A stretch of 20,335 nt of DNA. Source: Candidatus Thorarchaeota archaeon (GTDB lineage: Archaea > Asgardarchaeota > Thorarchaeia > Thorarchaeales > Thorarchaeaceae). The stretch spans positions 1-20,335 of the forward strand of contig JBHIAE010000051.1 in the NCBI GenBank assembly GCA_046758445.1, read 5' to 3'. Positions 7,547 to 15,854 of this stretch are shown here, piece after piece. Position 1 is the first letter of the stretch. Each line of letters starts with the position of its first letter. The notes under the pieces were generated by a model. The model searched no databases. It was not told the DNA's origin and was given only the letters and a program-made list of their open reading frames with translations. The translations under genes and the position numbers were made by a program.

Positions 7547-9451
7547 TCACCGCCTTCGAAGGAGAATAATCACTCCTAGGAGTCCAAGCAACAGGAGTGT
7601 GAGGACCAGTATCTCTTGACCCAGAGGTCTATAGGACCTGGGAAGGCCACCCTCTGAGATTGAGACTACAACCACATCCGAAACGATGTTTCCATACGCG
7701 TCCGTAAGGACCAGCTCAACAGTGTGAGTGCCCTCAGTCAGCAGAGAAGAATCAGGTTGGAATGTGACTGTACCGCCGTTCCAAGTTTCAACCCCCTGCC
7801 TGATACCGTCGAAGAGCACCTCATATGAAACTGGTGTCTGGTCGCTGGTCTGCCATGTGATGATGGGTTCAGCCGAAGGTGATGTGAAGACGTCATCAGG
7901 ATGGCTGACTTGGGGAAGCAAGTAGTCAGGCATGAGTAGGGTGAACGGAACACTGCCGTTCAGGACCTCCCGCGGGTTCCCTGAGATGTCCAGCAAGCGT
8001 ATCTTGAAGAAGACGTCTGTATAGGAGGGCAGTCCTTGCGCGACCAATGCATGTGAGGGAGCAAACTGTGTAACGTTAACTCTCAGAGTCATTGAGTCTG
8101 TATCGTTTCCCACGTAGAGCTCGCATCTAACGGGTTCATTGGACTCAAGCGTCACATTGAGTGAGTCACCAGAGGTTCCATGGGATATTGATACGATTCT
8201 TGGCGGCGTCAGGTCAAGAGTGGTGAAGCCCCTGATAGTGGAGTTAGCCGTGTTTCCAACGTTATCTGAAACTGTAACCTTGTAGTAATACTCTGTGAAC
8301 TCATCAAGCCCGAAGATGTCAATCTCATGGTATATCAGGAACGCGGGATCACTGACAGAGTTGAGCAAGGGCAGTGACTTCGCGTACCACACAGTTGTAT
8401 TTGTCGCCTTGTCAGTGTCAAAGCTGATTCTCACCGTGGTGTTGCTTAGGGGAGTGGCGAGTATTCCCGTGATCTCAGGTGTGTCCGCTGATAGAGTTGT
8501 GAAGTTGTAGTACAGGCCTGTGTTGTTGTCGACTGTCGGGTTGTTCCATGCATCCTTGGACATGACCTCAAAATAGTACATGGTCAAAGGTTGCAGGTTG
8601 GTGAGGTCCGCAGAATGCAACATCTCCAGACTGGATGACAAAACAGTGAGGTTGAGATTGTCACTGCTTGTTCCGTATCTCACCCCTGAGTCTGCCGGCT
8701 CGTCGGTCGTCCAGGAGATGGTACAGCTGAATCTCAAAGGGTCCGTCTGTACATTGGCGATGACTGGGGGCTGTACCCATGAGGCCGCACTGAGCTGTTC
8801 CATGTACCTCCCTCCACCAAATGCAGGAGATATGTCGTAGGCCATCTGGACAGTGACGTTCGACTCCTTGTCAATCCAGTAGTTGGCATCATAGAACACC
8901 TTACTCTCATTTGCTACCCAGCACTCGAATGTTCCAGCGGGAGTTGTCACATATTCTGTTGTGTTGACTGTCAGAGTCAAAGAGTCCCCCTCGGAGTCAA
9001 GGGGCCCAATTGTTGATCCGACGACCACACCACCCAAGTCAAACCATCTGTCCCAGTGGTACACCTGAGTCTGCATTCCAAGACTAATCACCCTGTAGTC
9101 GTTCACGGTGTAAACATGCTCATGGCCGCCCTCTCCAGAGACCCTCTTCACATAGGCCGTCTGATTCAGTGTCTGTGTCGTCTGGTTCCAGACCTGAACA
9201 TGCCACCAAGTTGAATTCGTTGTAGTGGCAATGCTGTAGAGGATATACTCGTCCTGACCGTCACTCACATTGGACTTGTACTCAAGCCATTGACCCGCTT
9301 GGTATGGAGAGGGTTGCATCCAAGATGGAGTTTCCTCGAATACCCGCTTGAACTGATGTGGCTGGGACAACTGGGTGGCCGGGGGCGGTATCATGCTCCA
9401 CAGGATTAGAAGTCCCACCGTGAGAGTCATGACCGTTCTAGCTCTCCTCAT
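7547..9451 (-). CDS. Secreted, C-terminally anchored surface glycoprotein: DUF3108/LolA-like beta domain, three FnIII repeats, Ig-like domain, TM helix
   Basis: Signal-peptide-like N-terminus. Aa ~45-225 carry GQWLEY and VTTPAGTFECW...YWID. FnIII repeats include ISWTTDEPADSGVRYG...LQPLTMYYFEVMSKD. An HPDD...LTEGTHTVELVLTDAYGN Ig-like unit precedes a TM helix and RRR tail. About 17 N-x-S/T sequons. Confidence 0.8.
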   Translation of the reverse strand: MRRARTVMTLTVGLLILWSMIPPPATQLSQPHQFKRVFEETPSWMQPSPYQAGQWLEYKSNVSDGQDEYILYSIATTTNSTWWHVQVWNQTTQTLNQTAYVKRVSGEGGHEHVYTVNDYRVISLGMQTQVYHWDRWFDLGGVVVGSTIGPLDSEGDSLTLTVNTTEYVTTPAGTFECWVANESKVFYDANYWIDKESNVTVQMAYDISPAFGGGRYMEQLSAASWVQPPVIANVQTDPLRFSCTISWTTDEPADSGVRYGTSSDNLNLTVLSSSLEMLHSADLTNLQPLTMYYFEVMSKDAWNNPTVDNNTGLYYNFTTLSADTPEITGILATPLSNTTVRISFDTDKATNTTVWYAKSLPLLNSVSDPAFLIYHEIDIFGLDEFTEYYYKVTVSDNVGNTANSTIRGFTTLDLTPPRIVSISHGTSGDSLNVTLESNEPVRCELYVGNDTDSMTLRVNVTQFAPSHALVAQGLPSYTDVFFKIRLLDISGNPREVLNGSVPFTLLMPDYLLPQVSHPDDVFTSPSAEPIITWQTSDQTPVSYEVLFDGIRQGVETWNGGTVTFQPDSSLLTEGTHTVELVLTDAYGNIVSDVVVVSISEGGLPRSYRPLGQEILVLTLLLLGLLGVIILLRRR

Positions 9452-9453
9452 AT

Positions 9454-12003
9454 CTATCCCACCGTCCTTCTCTTTGTTTCCTGAGCGAGGTCCATTCCTC
9501 TGAAGCCCCTTACAAAGAAGAACTGCACTATGATGGATGCGAAGAACAGTAACAGAGCCGAGATGAGTATCGTTGATGGCTCTATCAAGATGTAAAAGGT
9601 GAAAAAGTCTGTAGTGAACGCAGATGCGAGCTCGTACAGTCCAACGTAGCTCAACGGCACCCCGATGACAATCCCGGCCAGGGTCACGAAGACATTCTCA
9701 GCCAAGAAGAGTCTTTGAGAGAGGCTGTATGGAGCCCCCAGTGTGAGGATGGTAGCAACCTCACGTCTTCTCTCCAGTACATTGATGACTGCTGTCGTGA
9801 GCACGATGGATCCTGCCAGTGTAACTGAAAACCCTATCAAGAAATAGAGAAAGAGACGCATTGTGGCGAGATACTCCTCCATGTCACGAGCGGTGTCAGC
9901 TACAGACACTACCGACCTGACTCCGACCATCTCATTGATCACTCTCTGTTCCACAGAATTGATGTTCTGAAATGTCGGATTGTGCAGTTTGACATAGATC
10001 GTATTGGCCTCAAGCTGGAAGTCGCCAATCAACTCTTGCATGATGGAATAACTGACCCAGCATACTAGGCTGGTCGATTCCATTGTGACTCCCGTGACTC
10101 TGACACTCGAGTTCGTCATTTCAAAAGAATACTCGAGCGGCACCAGAGATGTTATGTTGATCTTGGGATGCAGAACAGTGATATTCTCTCCTACGGCGAC
10201 GTTGAGCTTCTGAGAGGTGCCCGATGTGATTACAATCCCGCTATTGTTGAACTCGTCTACAGAAGAGCTGAACTCAAAGTTGTGGATGGATGTCTCAGGG
10301 TCCTGTATCCGAATCTGGAGTATTGTGTCTACATTCTGAGTTTCAGAGGAGAGCACTGTTGAGAAGGCTATTCCGCTGAACACAGCATCCACCTCGGGCC
10401 ACGATTGGATGAGGTCAAGGTCTGACACGACAGCTGACTCAAGCTTGAAGTCAATGTATTGAACCTGGAGGTCCCATCCCTCTCTTACTGCCATCGTTTC
10501 CATTGTGAGACCGAAGGAGTCGTTAGTGCCAGCAGTGGCAGCGACTAGGATGAAACTGATCATTATGCCCAATAGCGTTGAGGAAGTCCTACGTCTGTTT
10601 CGGAATAGATTCCGGAGTACTATCTTGGAGCTGACTCGCGGTTCTGCACCTGTCAGCCTCTTGATGGCTTTCTCAATTGCGGTGACACGTCCCATCACCA
10701 CCTCCGCAGGATCATCACGCATGGCCTCCGCGGGAATCATCTTGGAGGATGAGCGTGCAGGTATGACACAACCAAAGACGCATACGGTCAGCGTGATGAC
10801 AACCGAAACGAGGTACACGTCAGGGTGAATGTTTATCTCTCTGAAGGGATTGGACATCAAGTTGAGATAGAGGTTTGTGAACCACTGACCCGAAACCTCT
10901 CCGACGAACACTCCTACTAGCCCTCCCATCACGCCCACTATGAGACCATACACGAGATACTTGCGATAGATGTCCCTGCGGGAATAGCCTAGGGCCAGTG
11001 TCACACCTACCTCCTGTTTCTGTGCAGCCACAATCCTTGACATGGTGACGTATGTGCTGAAGATGGCAAGGAGAATGACGAATGTGGGGAACACAGCCAC
11101 AATCTCGATCATCCCCTCAAGGTCAAACTCCAGGGCCGCATAAGGCGGCTCATCTTCTCTGGGAACAGGGGGCATGACACCATATCCACGACCTCTGAGC
11201 TCATTCTCGATAGCGTCCATTGCCTCATCACGGACGCTCTTGGGCGTGCCCGGCTCCATGAGGACACAGATGTCGTTCACCTCATCCGGACTGACTCCCA
11301 GCATATTCTGAAGACTCGTCAATGGCATGAACATGAGTCCGAACCGTCTGGATGAGGGCATCAGGTCCTGCCATGAGGCCGCAAGCCAGAGGAACTCGGC
11401 AGTGCCAGACTCACCAATCACCCGGACGTCTATTGTCTGATTGATGTCACCATCCTGAAGAAGTGTGAATCTGGAGTTTGGTGTCAGGTTGTGATACCTG
11501 GCGAGTTTGCTCTCAGCAACCACTACATACTCGTTAAACGGTCGAGACGTGTTCCAGTTGTCTGAATCGATGAACCAGCGGCCATCCAACACGGAAACCT
11601 GATTGACTTCCGGGAATCTGCCGTCGGTGACATTGACTCCAATCAGCCTAATGGCGATTAATGACAGGTCTTCCTGTGGTCCCTTGACGGCGGTGAGCTC
11701 ATGCACTATCCTCAGCTCATACGAGTCAATCGGATACTGAGTGGAGAGACCTTCAATGATCTCTTGGATCTCTGATGCTGACATCATTTCTGTCTGGATG
11801 ACTGTCGTGACCCTGAAATCCGCCAGACCAAGGCTTTCGTACGTGGTATCGTATGTCTGTCGTAGGTTCAGGTACGCCCCAGTGAACATGACAAGAGATC
11901 CAGCTCCGAGTGCCATCATGATTACGAGGCCTGCGAATTGCATTCTGTGGCTCGTGATGTCACGCCACACGGACTTGTACAGGCTACGTCTAGGCATGGC
12001 CAT
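9454..12003 (-). CDS. MacB/FtsX-family (type VII) ABC transporter permease with two fused halves
   Basis: Two repeats of TM + large extracellular domain + FtsX core (QKQEVGVTLALGYSRRDI; ERRREVATILTLGA; RNLFRNRRRT). The start abuts the ATPase stop (TAG ATG). Confidence 0.93.
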   Translation of the reverse strand: MAMPRRSLYKSVWRDITSHRMQFAGLVIMMALGAGSLVMFTGAYLNLRQTYDTTYESLGLADFRVTTVIQTEMMSASEIQEIIEGLSTQYPIDSYELRIVHELTAVKGPQEDLSLIAIRLIGVNVTDGRFPEVNQVSVLDGRWFIDSDNWNTSRPFNEYVVVAESKLARYHNLTPNSRFTLLQDGDINQTIDVRVIGESGTAEFLWLAASWQDLMPSSRRFGLMFMPLTSLQNMLGVSPDEVNDICVLMEPGTPKSVRDEAMDAIENELRGRGYGVMPPVPREDEPPYAALEFDLEGMIEIVAVFPTFVILLAIFSTYVTMSRIVAAQKQEVGVTLALGYSRRDIYRKYLVYGLIVGVMGGLVGVFVGEVSGQWFTNLYLNLMSNPFREINIHPDVYLVSVVITLTVCVFGCVIPARSSSKMIPAEAMRDDPAEVVMGRVTAIEKAIKRLTGAEPRVSSKIVLRNLFRNRRRTSSTLLGIMISFILVAATAGTNDSFGLTMETMAVREGWDLQVQYIDFKLESAVVSDLDLIQSWPEVDAVFSGIAFSTVLSSETQNVDTILQIRIQDPETSIHNFEFSSSVDEFNNSGIVITSGTSQKLNVAVGENITVLHPKINITSLVPLEYSFEMTNSSVRVTGVTMESTSLVCWVSYSIMQELIGDFQLEANTIYVKLHNPTFQNINSVEQRVINEMVGVRSVVSVADTARDMEEYLATMRLFLYFLIGFSVTLAGSIVLTTAVINVLERRREVATILTLGAPYSLSQRLFLAENVFVTLAGIVIGVPLSYVGLYELASAFTTDFFTFYILIEPSTILISALLLFFASIIVQFFFVRGFRGMDLAQETKRRTVG

Positions 12004-12744
12004 CTACCAACTTAGCTCATCCGGTTTCTTCTTGTCCTGATTCTCAATCATATCTCCTACCTGGCCGTCACGAATCTCGATTGTGATGTCAGCTATCTTG
12101 GAAATCTCTCTGTTGTGCGTGACGATCAGGACCGTCTTATCCTCCTCCTCTTTCAGACGAAGCAGTTCTTTCAGGACTTCAACACCAGTCTTGAAATCTA
12201 AGGATCCTGTGGGTTCATCCCCCACTATGATTGGAGGGTCCTTTGCGAGGGCTCGAGCAATTGAAACTCTTTGCTGCTCTCCGCCCGACAGCTCTGCGGG
12301 AAAGTGATGCAGCCTATCACCGAGGCCGACTGTCGTCAGCAATTCTACTGCTCGTTCGCGAATCGGACCCTTTCCAAAGTCACGTTTTCCGTTTGCGGCT
12401 GGTGCACCGACCAGCTCGAGTGCAAGCTCCACATTTTCGAGCGCAGTCAGAGTAGGGAGAAGATTAAGGAACTGAAACACAAACCCTATGTTCTCACGTC
12501 GATGCTCAGCCAGCTCCTTGATGTTAGTAGGAACCTCCTCTCCTTCGAAGTAGACCTTACCGTCAGTCGGTGTGTCCATTCCTCCGATTATATTCAGGAG
12601 AGTTGTCTTCCCTGAGCCAGAAGGCCCAAGAATGACGACAAGTCTTCTTTGGGCAATCTTCAGGCTGACTCCCCGGAGAGCATGCACCTCCACACTCCCC
12701 ATCTTGTAGACCTTACTTATTCTGTCTGTTTCAACGAGAGCCAT
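12004..12744 (-). CDS. LolD/MacB-type ABC transporter ATP-binding protein
   Basis: [53 protein letters not shown] and IVTH motifs. ATG 12744 (MALVETDRISKVY) has AGGTAG upstream; the longer ORF-track start runs through the promoter. Confidence 0.95.
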   Translation of the reverse strand: MALVETDRISKVYKMGSVEVHALRGVSLKIAQRRLVVILGPSGSGKTTLLNIIGGMDTPTDGKVYFEGEEVPTNIKELAEHRRENIGFVFQFLNLLPTLTALENVELALELVGAPAANGKRDFGKGPIRERAVELLTTVGLGDRLHHFPAELSGGEQQRVSIARALAKDPPIIVGDEPTGSLDFKTGVEVLKELLRLKEEEDKTVLIVTHNREISKIADITIEIRDGQVGDMIENQDKKKPDELSW

Positions 12745-12798
12745 GGGGACTACCTTCGGCGTCAGAATAGAGTGTGTAGAGGAAGGTGAGCTGCCCGT

Positions 12799-12824
12799 CT
12801 TATTAATCTTTGCAAGATTTGCAA
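12799..12824 (-). promoter_or_regulatory. BRE/TATA promoter of the ABC operon, overlapped by the palindrome TTGCAA-N3-TTGCAA (candidate operator)
   Basis: Minus strand reads TTGCAAATCTTGCAAAGATTAATAAG: TATA-like TTAATAAG at 12806-12799, purine-rich BRE at 12813-12807, palindrome at 12810-12824. Confidence 0.6.
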
Positions 12825-12840
12825 TGATGTAACGATGTCC

Positions 12841-12884
12841 GCTGGTGGTGACAGTGGCCTGCTTATAGATACTTCTCATCAGGT
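12841..12884. repeat. Copy 2 of the degenerate 44-bp direct repeat; contains minus-strand GAGAAGTATCTATAAG (BRE/TATA-like)
   Basis: 35/44 identity to 5837-5880. Confidence 0.85.
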
Positions 12885-12972
12885 CGCCGAATTCCTTGAT
12901 TGTCTGATTTCCTCAAAACGGATAAGAGCCATAGCAAATCCAACTAGTACCAACTCCGGGGTTGAAACTTCT

Positions 12973-13422
12973 ATGAGCCAGGTCGACGTCTATGTTGAAT
13001 TGTGGGACTATCTTCGTTGCCATGGTCTTCAAACAATAGAAGTTGTTGAGAAGGCAGATGCTTGGGACTATCGAATCAGCTCAAACGAATACAGTGTCAG
13101 AGAAACTTTCCACCATGCTGTCCAGGCGATCTTTGAGGATGCTGGGAATTGGTTCCTTAATGATCCTACTCGATTTCGCCCAACGAATAGTCCCATTGAC
13201 GATCTACATGGGGCCATAGATCGAATGATCTTCGCAATACAAGATCTCCTAGATACGGGTCTCAACTCTGAGTTCACATTTCAATGGGGAGAGAAGACAA
13301 CAATAGGTGGTGCCATACGTCAGAATCTCTTCCACGCGGTAGGACACTTCAGTCAAATAAGAAACTGGGTGGGTGTCTGCAGACGGAGTGAATCTGAGAA
13401 GGCTGACAAGACGTATCTCTAA
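12973..13422 (+). CDS. DinB/YfiT-family four-helix-bundle metalloprotein (putative thiol transferase)
   Basis: WDYR...SVRETFHH and C-terminal LFHAVGHFSQI give the His triad. ATG 12973 is preceded by GGGGTTG and yields a typical ~149-aa size. Confidence 0.85.
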   Translation: MSQVDVYVELWDYLRCHGLQTIEVVEKADAWDYRISSNEYSVRETFHHAVQAIFEDAGNWFLNDPTRFRPTNSPIDDLHGAIDRMIFAIQDLLDTGLNSEFTFQWGEKTTIGGAIRQNLFHAVGHFSQIRNWVGVCRRSESEKADKTYL

Positions 13423-13429
13423 CCAGGGC

Positions 13430-13514
13430 TTGTTTCTTTGGTTCTTCTTCTGCATATCTTCCAAACCACAGTACGAGTGTGTGGGTCACTCATATTCGTG
13501 GGGGGAGAACCCAC
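13430..13514. terminator. Convergent intergenic region with a T-rich tract and two small hairpins
   Basis: TTGTTTCTTTGGTTCTTCTTCT (13430-13451) follows the DinB stop. Stems TACGAGTG/CACTCATA (13472-13494; 8 bp with one G-U on the minus strand) and GTGGG/CCCAC (13498-13514). Confidence 0.35.
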
Positions 13515-13540
13515 TCATCCAGAACGGTGACGTGGAATAC

Positions 13541-14080
13541 CTAGAACTTCATGAGCAATAGGTTTCGCTCAATCTCCCTGAGTCGTTCATTGAAACGCTG
13601 GTTGAATTCTGCAAGAAGATCGAGATAGCTCCCAAACCAAGCTGAAAAGACAGTGACGACTTCCTTCAACTTTCTACTCTCTGCTTGGACCTTAATCTCC
13701 TCTGGCAGGGTCTGCCATTCAGCCAATATGTGGTCTATGACCTCAAGTCGGTTCTTGATGAATCTCTCCGCAGTTTCTAGTCCCATTCTGAATCCATCAA
13801 GAAAGGGTATTGTGTCCCCGCCGTACAATTTCGTCCTTGAGCCAGGCTTTGATTCCTTAGTGACCATCTGCCTTTGCTCTAGGTTGGCAAGATAGCGGGA
13901 GATTTGACTCCTTGAATACCCAGTAGCCTGGGCGATCTGTTCCTGCGTTAGGGGTTCCGGTGAGAGTACTATCATGGCATAGATTCTTGCTATCATCGGG
14001 TCGTTTCCGCGATACTTCACAAACTCCTCAAGGGTCTGTACAAAGGATGTTCTAAGCCGTGCGTACTTCTCGTCAGTCAT
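13541..14080 (-). CDS. GbsR/MarR-type winged-helix transcriptional regulator (paralogue of 6973..7539)
   Basis: IARIYAMIVLSPEPLTQEQIAQATGYSRSQISRYLANL...KPGSRTKLY; RBS AAAGGTGG upstream. Confidence 0.9.
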   Translation of the reverse strand: MTDEKYARLRTSFVQTLEEFVKYRGNDPMIARIYAMIVLSPEPLTQEQIAQATGYSRSQISRYLANLEQRQMVTKESKPGSRTKLYGGDTIPFLDGFRMGLETAERFIKNRLEVIDHILAEWQTLPEEIKVQAESRKLKEVVTVFSAWFGSYLDLLAEFNQRFNERLREIERNLLLMKF

Positions 14081-14125
14081 CTGTTACCACCTTTCATCAC
14101 GGCTCCGAACACAAATTCTCTTATT

Positions 14126-14164
14126 TTGCATATTTTGTATTGTAATGAAAATTTATAAGTCTTC
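14126..14164. promoter_or_regulatory. Bidirectional BRE/TATA element with an adjacent TTGCA-N5-TGTAT candidate operator
   Basis: Plus strand: GAAAA-TTTATAAG (14147-14159), ending 22 nt before ATG 14182, which has no SD (leaderless). Minus strand: GAAGA-CTTATAAA over the same bases, pointing to the regulator. TTGCATATTTTGTAT lies at 14126-14140. Confidence 0.6.
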
Positions 14165-14181
14165 ACCCCTGTGACTAAAGC

Positions 14182-15132
14182 ATGGAGCGATTCGAAGAGA
14201 AGCTACTTGACACAGGTGAGATCAACATCAACTACGTGGAAGGTCCAAGGAATGGTTTCTCTCTTGTTCTCATTCCTGGCCAGGGGGGAGACTGGAAGAC
14301 CTACGAGAAGGTGCTGCCTTTGCTCTCTGAGAAGTTCCATGTCTTTGCAGTTGATGTGCGAGGACATGGGAAGTCTGACTGGACAACTGGAGACTACACA
14401 TTCAACTCCATTGGTAGGGACATGACGGTGTTCCTTCAAACCGCCGTCGGACAACCAGCGATTATCTCAGGAAACTCCTCTGGGGGTCTCATCGCGCTGT
14501 GGTTGGCCGCAAACAGACCGGACCTCGTCAGCGGGATAATCATGGAGGACGCACCCCTCTTCTCAGCAGAGTGGCCGAGGATCAAAGAGGACAATTACGT
14601 CTATAGGGTCCTTGAGGTCACGGTGGAGATGAGTCGGGAGCTCAAAGAGTCACGAAGCATTAGTGGACTTGCAGGAGCCCTCATGAAGATCAAGAAACCA
14701 GTGGAGGGTGGAAAGTTCCGTGGAGTGCCTAGACCAGCTGCATACTTCATCTCCTTCCTGATTCGGGCATCTCAGAAGCTACGTTCAGGCAATCCTTCTC
14801 TCCCAGGAAGATTCGGGAGGATAACTGACGTCTTGGTCACCTTCGACGCTGACTTCTCTCAGGCCTTTCTTGATGGCCGCATCTATGAGGGTTTGGACCA
14901 TGCTGACGCTTTGAGGCGTGCTGAGTGTCCGATGCTACTACTCCAGGCAAACTGGCTACGGCATCCTGAATACGGTCTAGTCGGTGCAATGGATGATGAC
15001 GATGCTGCACTGGCCCGGGAGATTGCGCCGGAAATGTATTTCAAGAGAATCGACTCTGACCATGTAATCCACTCACATAATCCAGATCTGTTTACGGAGG
15101 AAGTCGAAGAATTCGCAGCGACGCTCTCTTGA
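14182..15132 (+). CDS. Alpha/beta-fold hydrolase
   Basis: Oxyanion loop LIPGQGG, VDVRGHGKS, nucleophile elbow GNSSGG, and a C-terminal catalytic His in SDHVIHSHNP. Confidence 0.93.
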   Translation: MERFEEKLLDTGEININYVEGPRNGFSLVLIPGQGGDWKTYEKVLPLLSEKFHVFAVDVRGHGKSDWTTGDYTFNSIGRDMTVFLQTAVGQPAIISGNSSGGLIALWLAANRPDLVSGIIMEDAPLFSAEWPRIKEDNYVYRVLEVTVEMSRELKESRSISGLAGALMKIKKPVEGGKFRGVPRPAAYFISFLIRASQKLRSGNPSLPGRFGRITDVLVTFDADFSQAFLDGRIYEGLDHADALRRAECPMLLLQANWLRHPEYGLVGAMDDDDAALAREIAPEMYFKRIDSDHVIHSHNPDLFTEEVEEFAATLS

Positions 15133-15140
15133 AAGTCTGA

Positions 15141-15752
15141 ATGGTGAATGAGAACATGGGTCCTCTCTCCCTCTCAGAACCGCCAAGGAAGGATAGCCTG
15201 AGATTTCGAATGATTGACTATGAAGAACTGAAGGCCAAGCATCCTTGGGTCGATATATTCTTGAAAGGACTGGCAATTCTGGTTTCTTCAACAATAGTGA
15301 CTATTCTACTGCTAGCACCGATCTACATCTTCGATATCGACAGACAAATCATCGTTGACATCTTTACCTTTCCAGCAGATATCATTCCCTATCCCTACAA
15401 TCTCATCGGACTAATTCCGATTCCTGTAGGAATGGGTCTAGTTGTGTGGGCAAACTACAATCTGTTGCATGTTGGTAAGATTGGGCTCACAGCTAGGGAA
15501 CCGATGCAGACTCCTTCAAGCCTCGTTGTTGTTGGTCCATATCGTTACAGTCGAAATCCACTCTACCTTGGAGGTCTCTTAATGATGGCTGGCCTGGCCG
15601 TGGTGTGGAGTAGTCTGGTTGTCTTCCTAGGGTTAATCGCAGTCTACATCATCTTCAGATACAAGTTCATTCAGGTGGAAGAGGAGAAGCTGGAGGAAGC
15701 TTTCGGAGTCGAGTATCTAGATTACAGGATGCGTGTCAGACGTTGGTTTTGA
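15141..15752 (+). CDS. Isoprenylcysteine carboxyl methyltransferase / PEMT-family integral membrane methyltransferase
   Basis: LVVVGPYRYSRNPLYLG...EEEKLEEAFGVEYLDYRMRVRRW plus several TM helices. The start may instead be ATG 15210. Confidence 0.9.
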   Translation: MVNENMGPLSLSEPPRKDSLRFRMIDYEELKAKHPWVDIFLKGLAILVSSTIVTILLLAPIYIFDIDRQIIVDIFTFPADIIPYPYNLIGLIPIPVGMGLVVWANYNLLHVGKIGLTAREPMQTPSSLVVVGPYRYSRNPLYLGGLLMMAGLAVVWSSLVVFLGLIAVYIIFRYKFIQVEEEKLEEAFGVEYLDYRMRVRRWF

Positions 15753-15854
15753 ACATCGACAAACGGTTCAGCTCCTGAGTTCTCGCATTCATCATGAGGA
15801 AACAGGGTTAAGTGGAATCTGGTTACTATCAATCAACAGGAGTGAGGTTGAAGA

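Noticed and set aside
9392-9451. Twin-arginine (Tat) signal in MRRART
   Set aside because: Lacks the S/T-R-R-x-F-L consensus; more consistent with a basic Sec n-region.
12745-12879. Longer ORF-track start for the first ABC ATPase
   Set aside because: The extension spans the predicted promoter and operator and has no ABC-like sequence.
12835-12972. 46-aa N-terminal extension of DinB, and the similar peptide MRAVGDGGLLIGTSHKV at 5831, as a conserved coding unit
   Set aside because: The peptide similarity follows from the DNA repeat. Four synonymous versus five non-synonymous codon changes is not decisive, and DinB has a better start at 12973. Not fully excluded.
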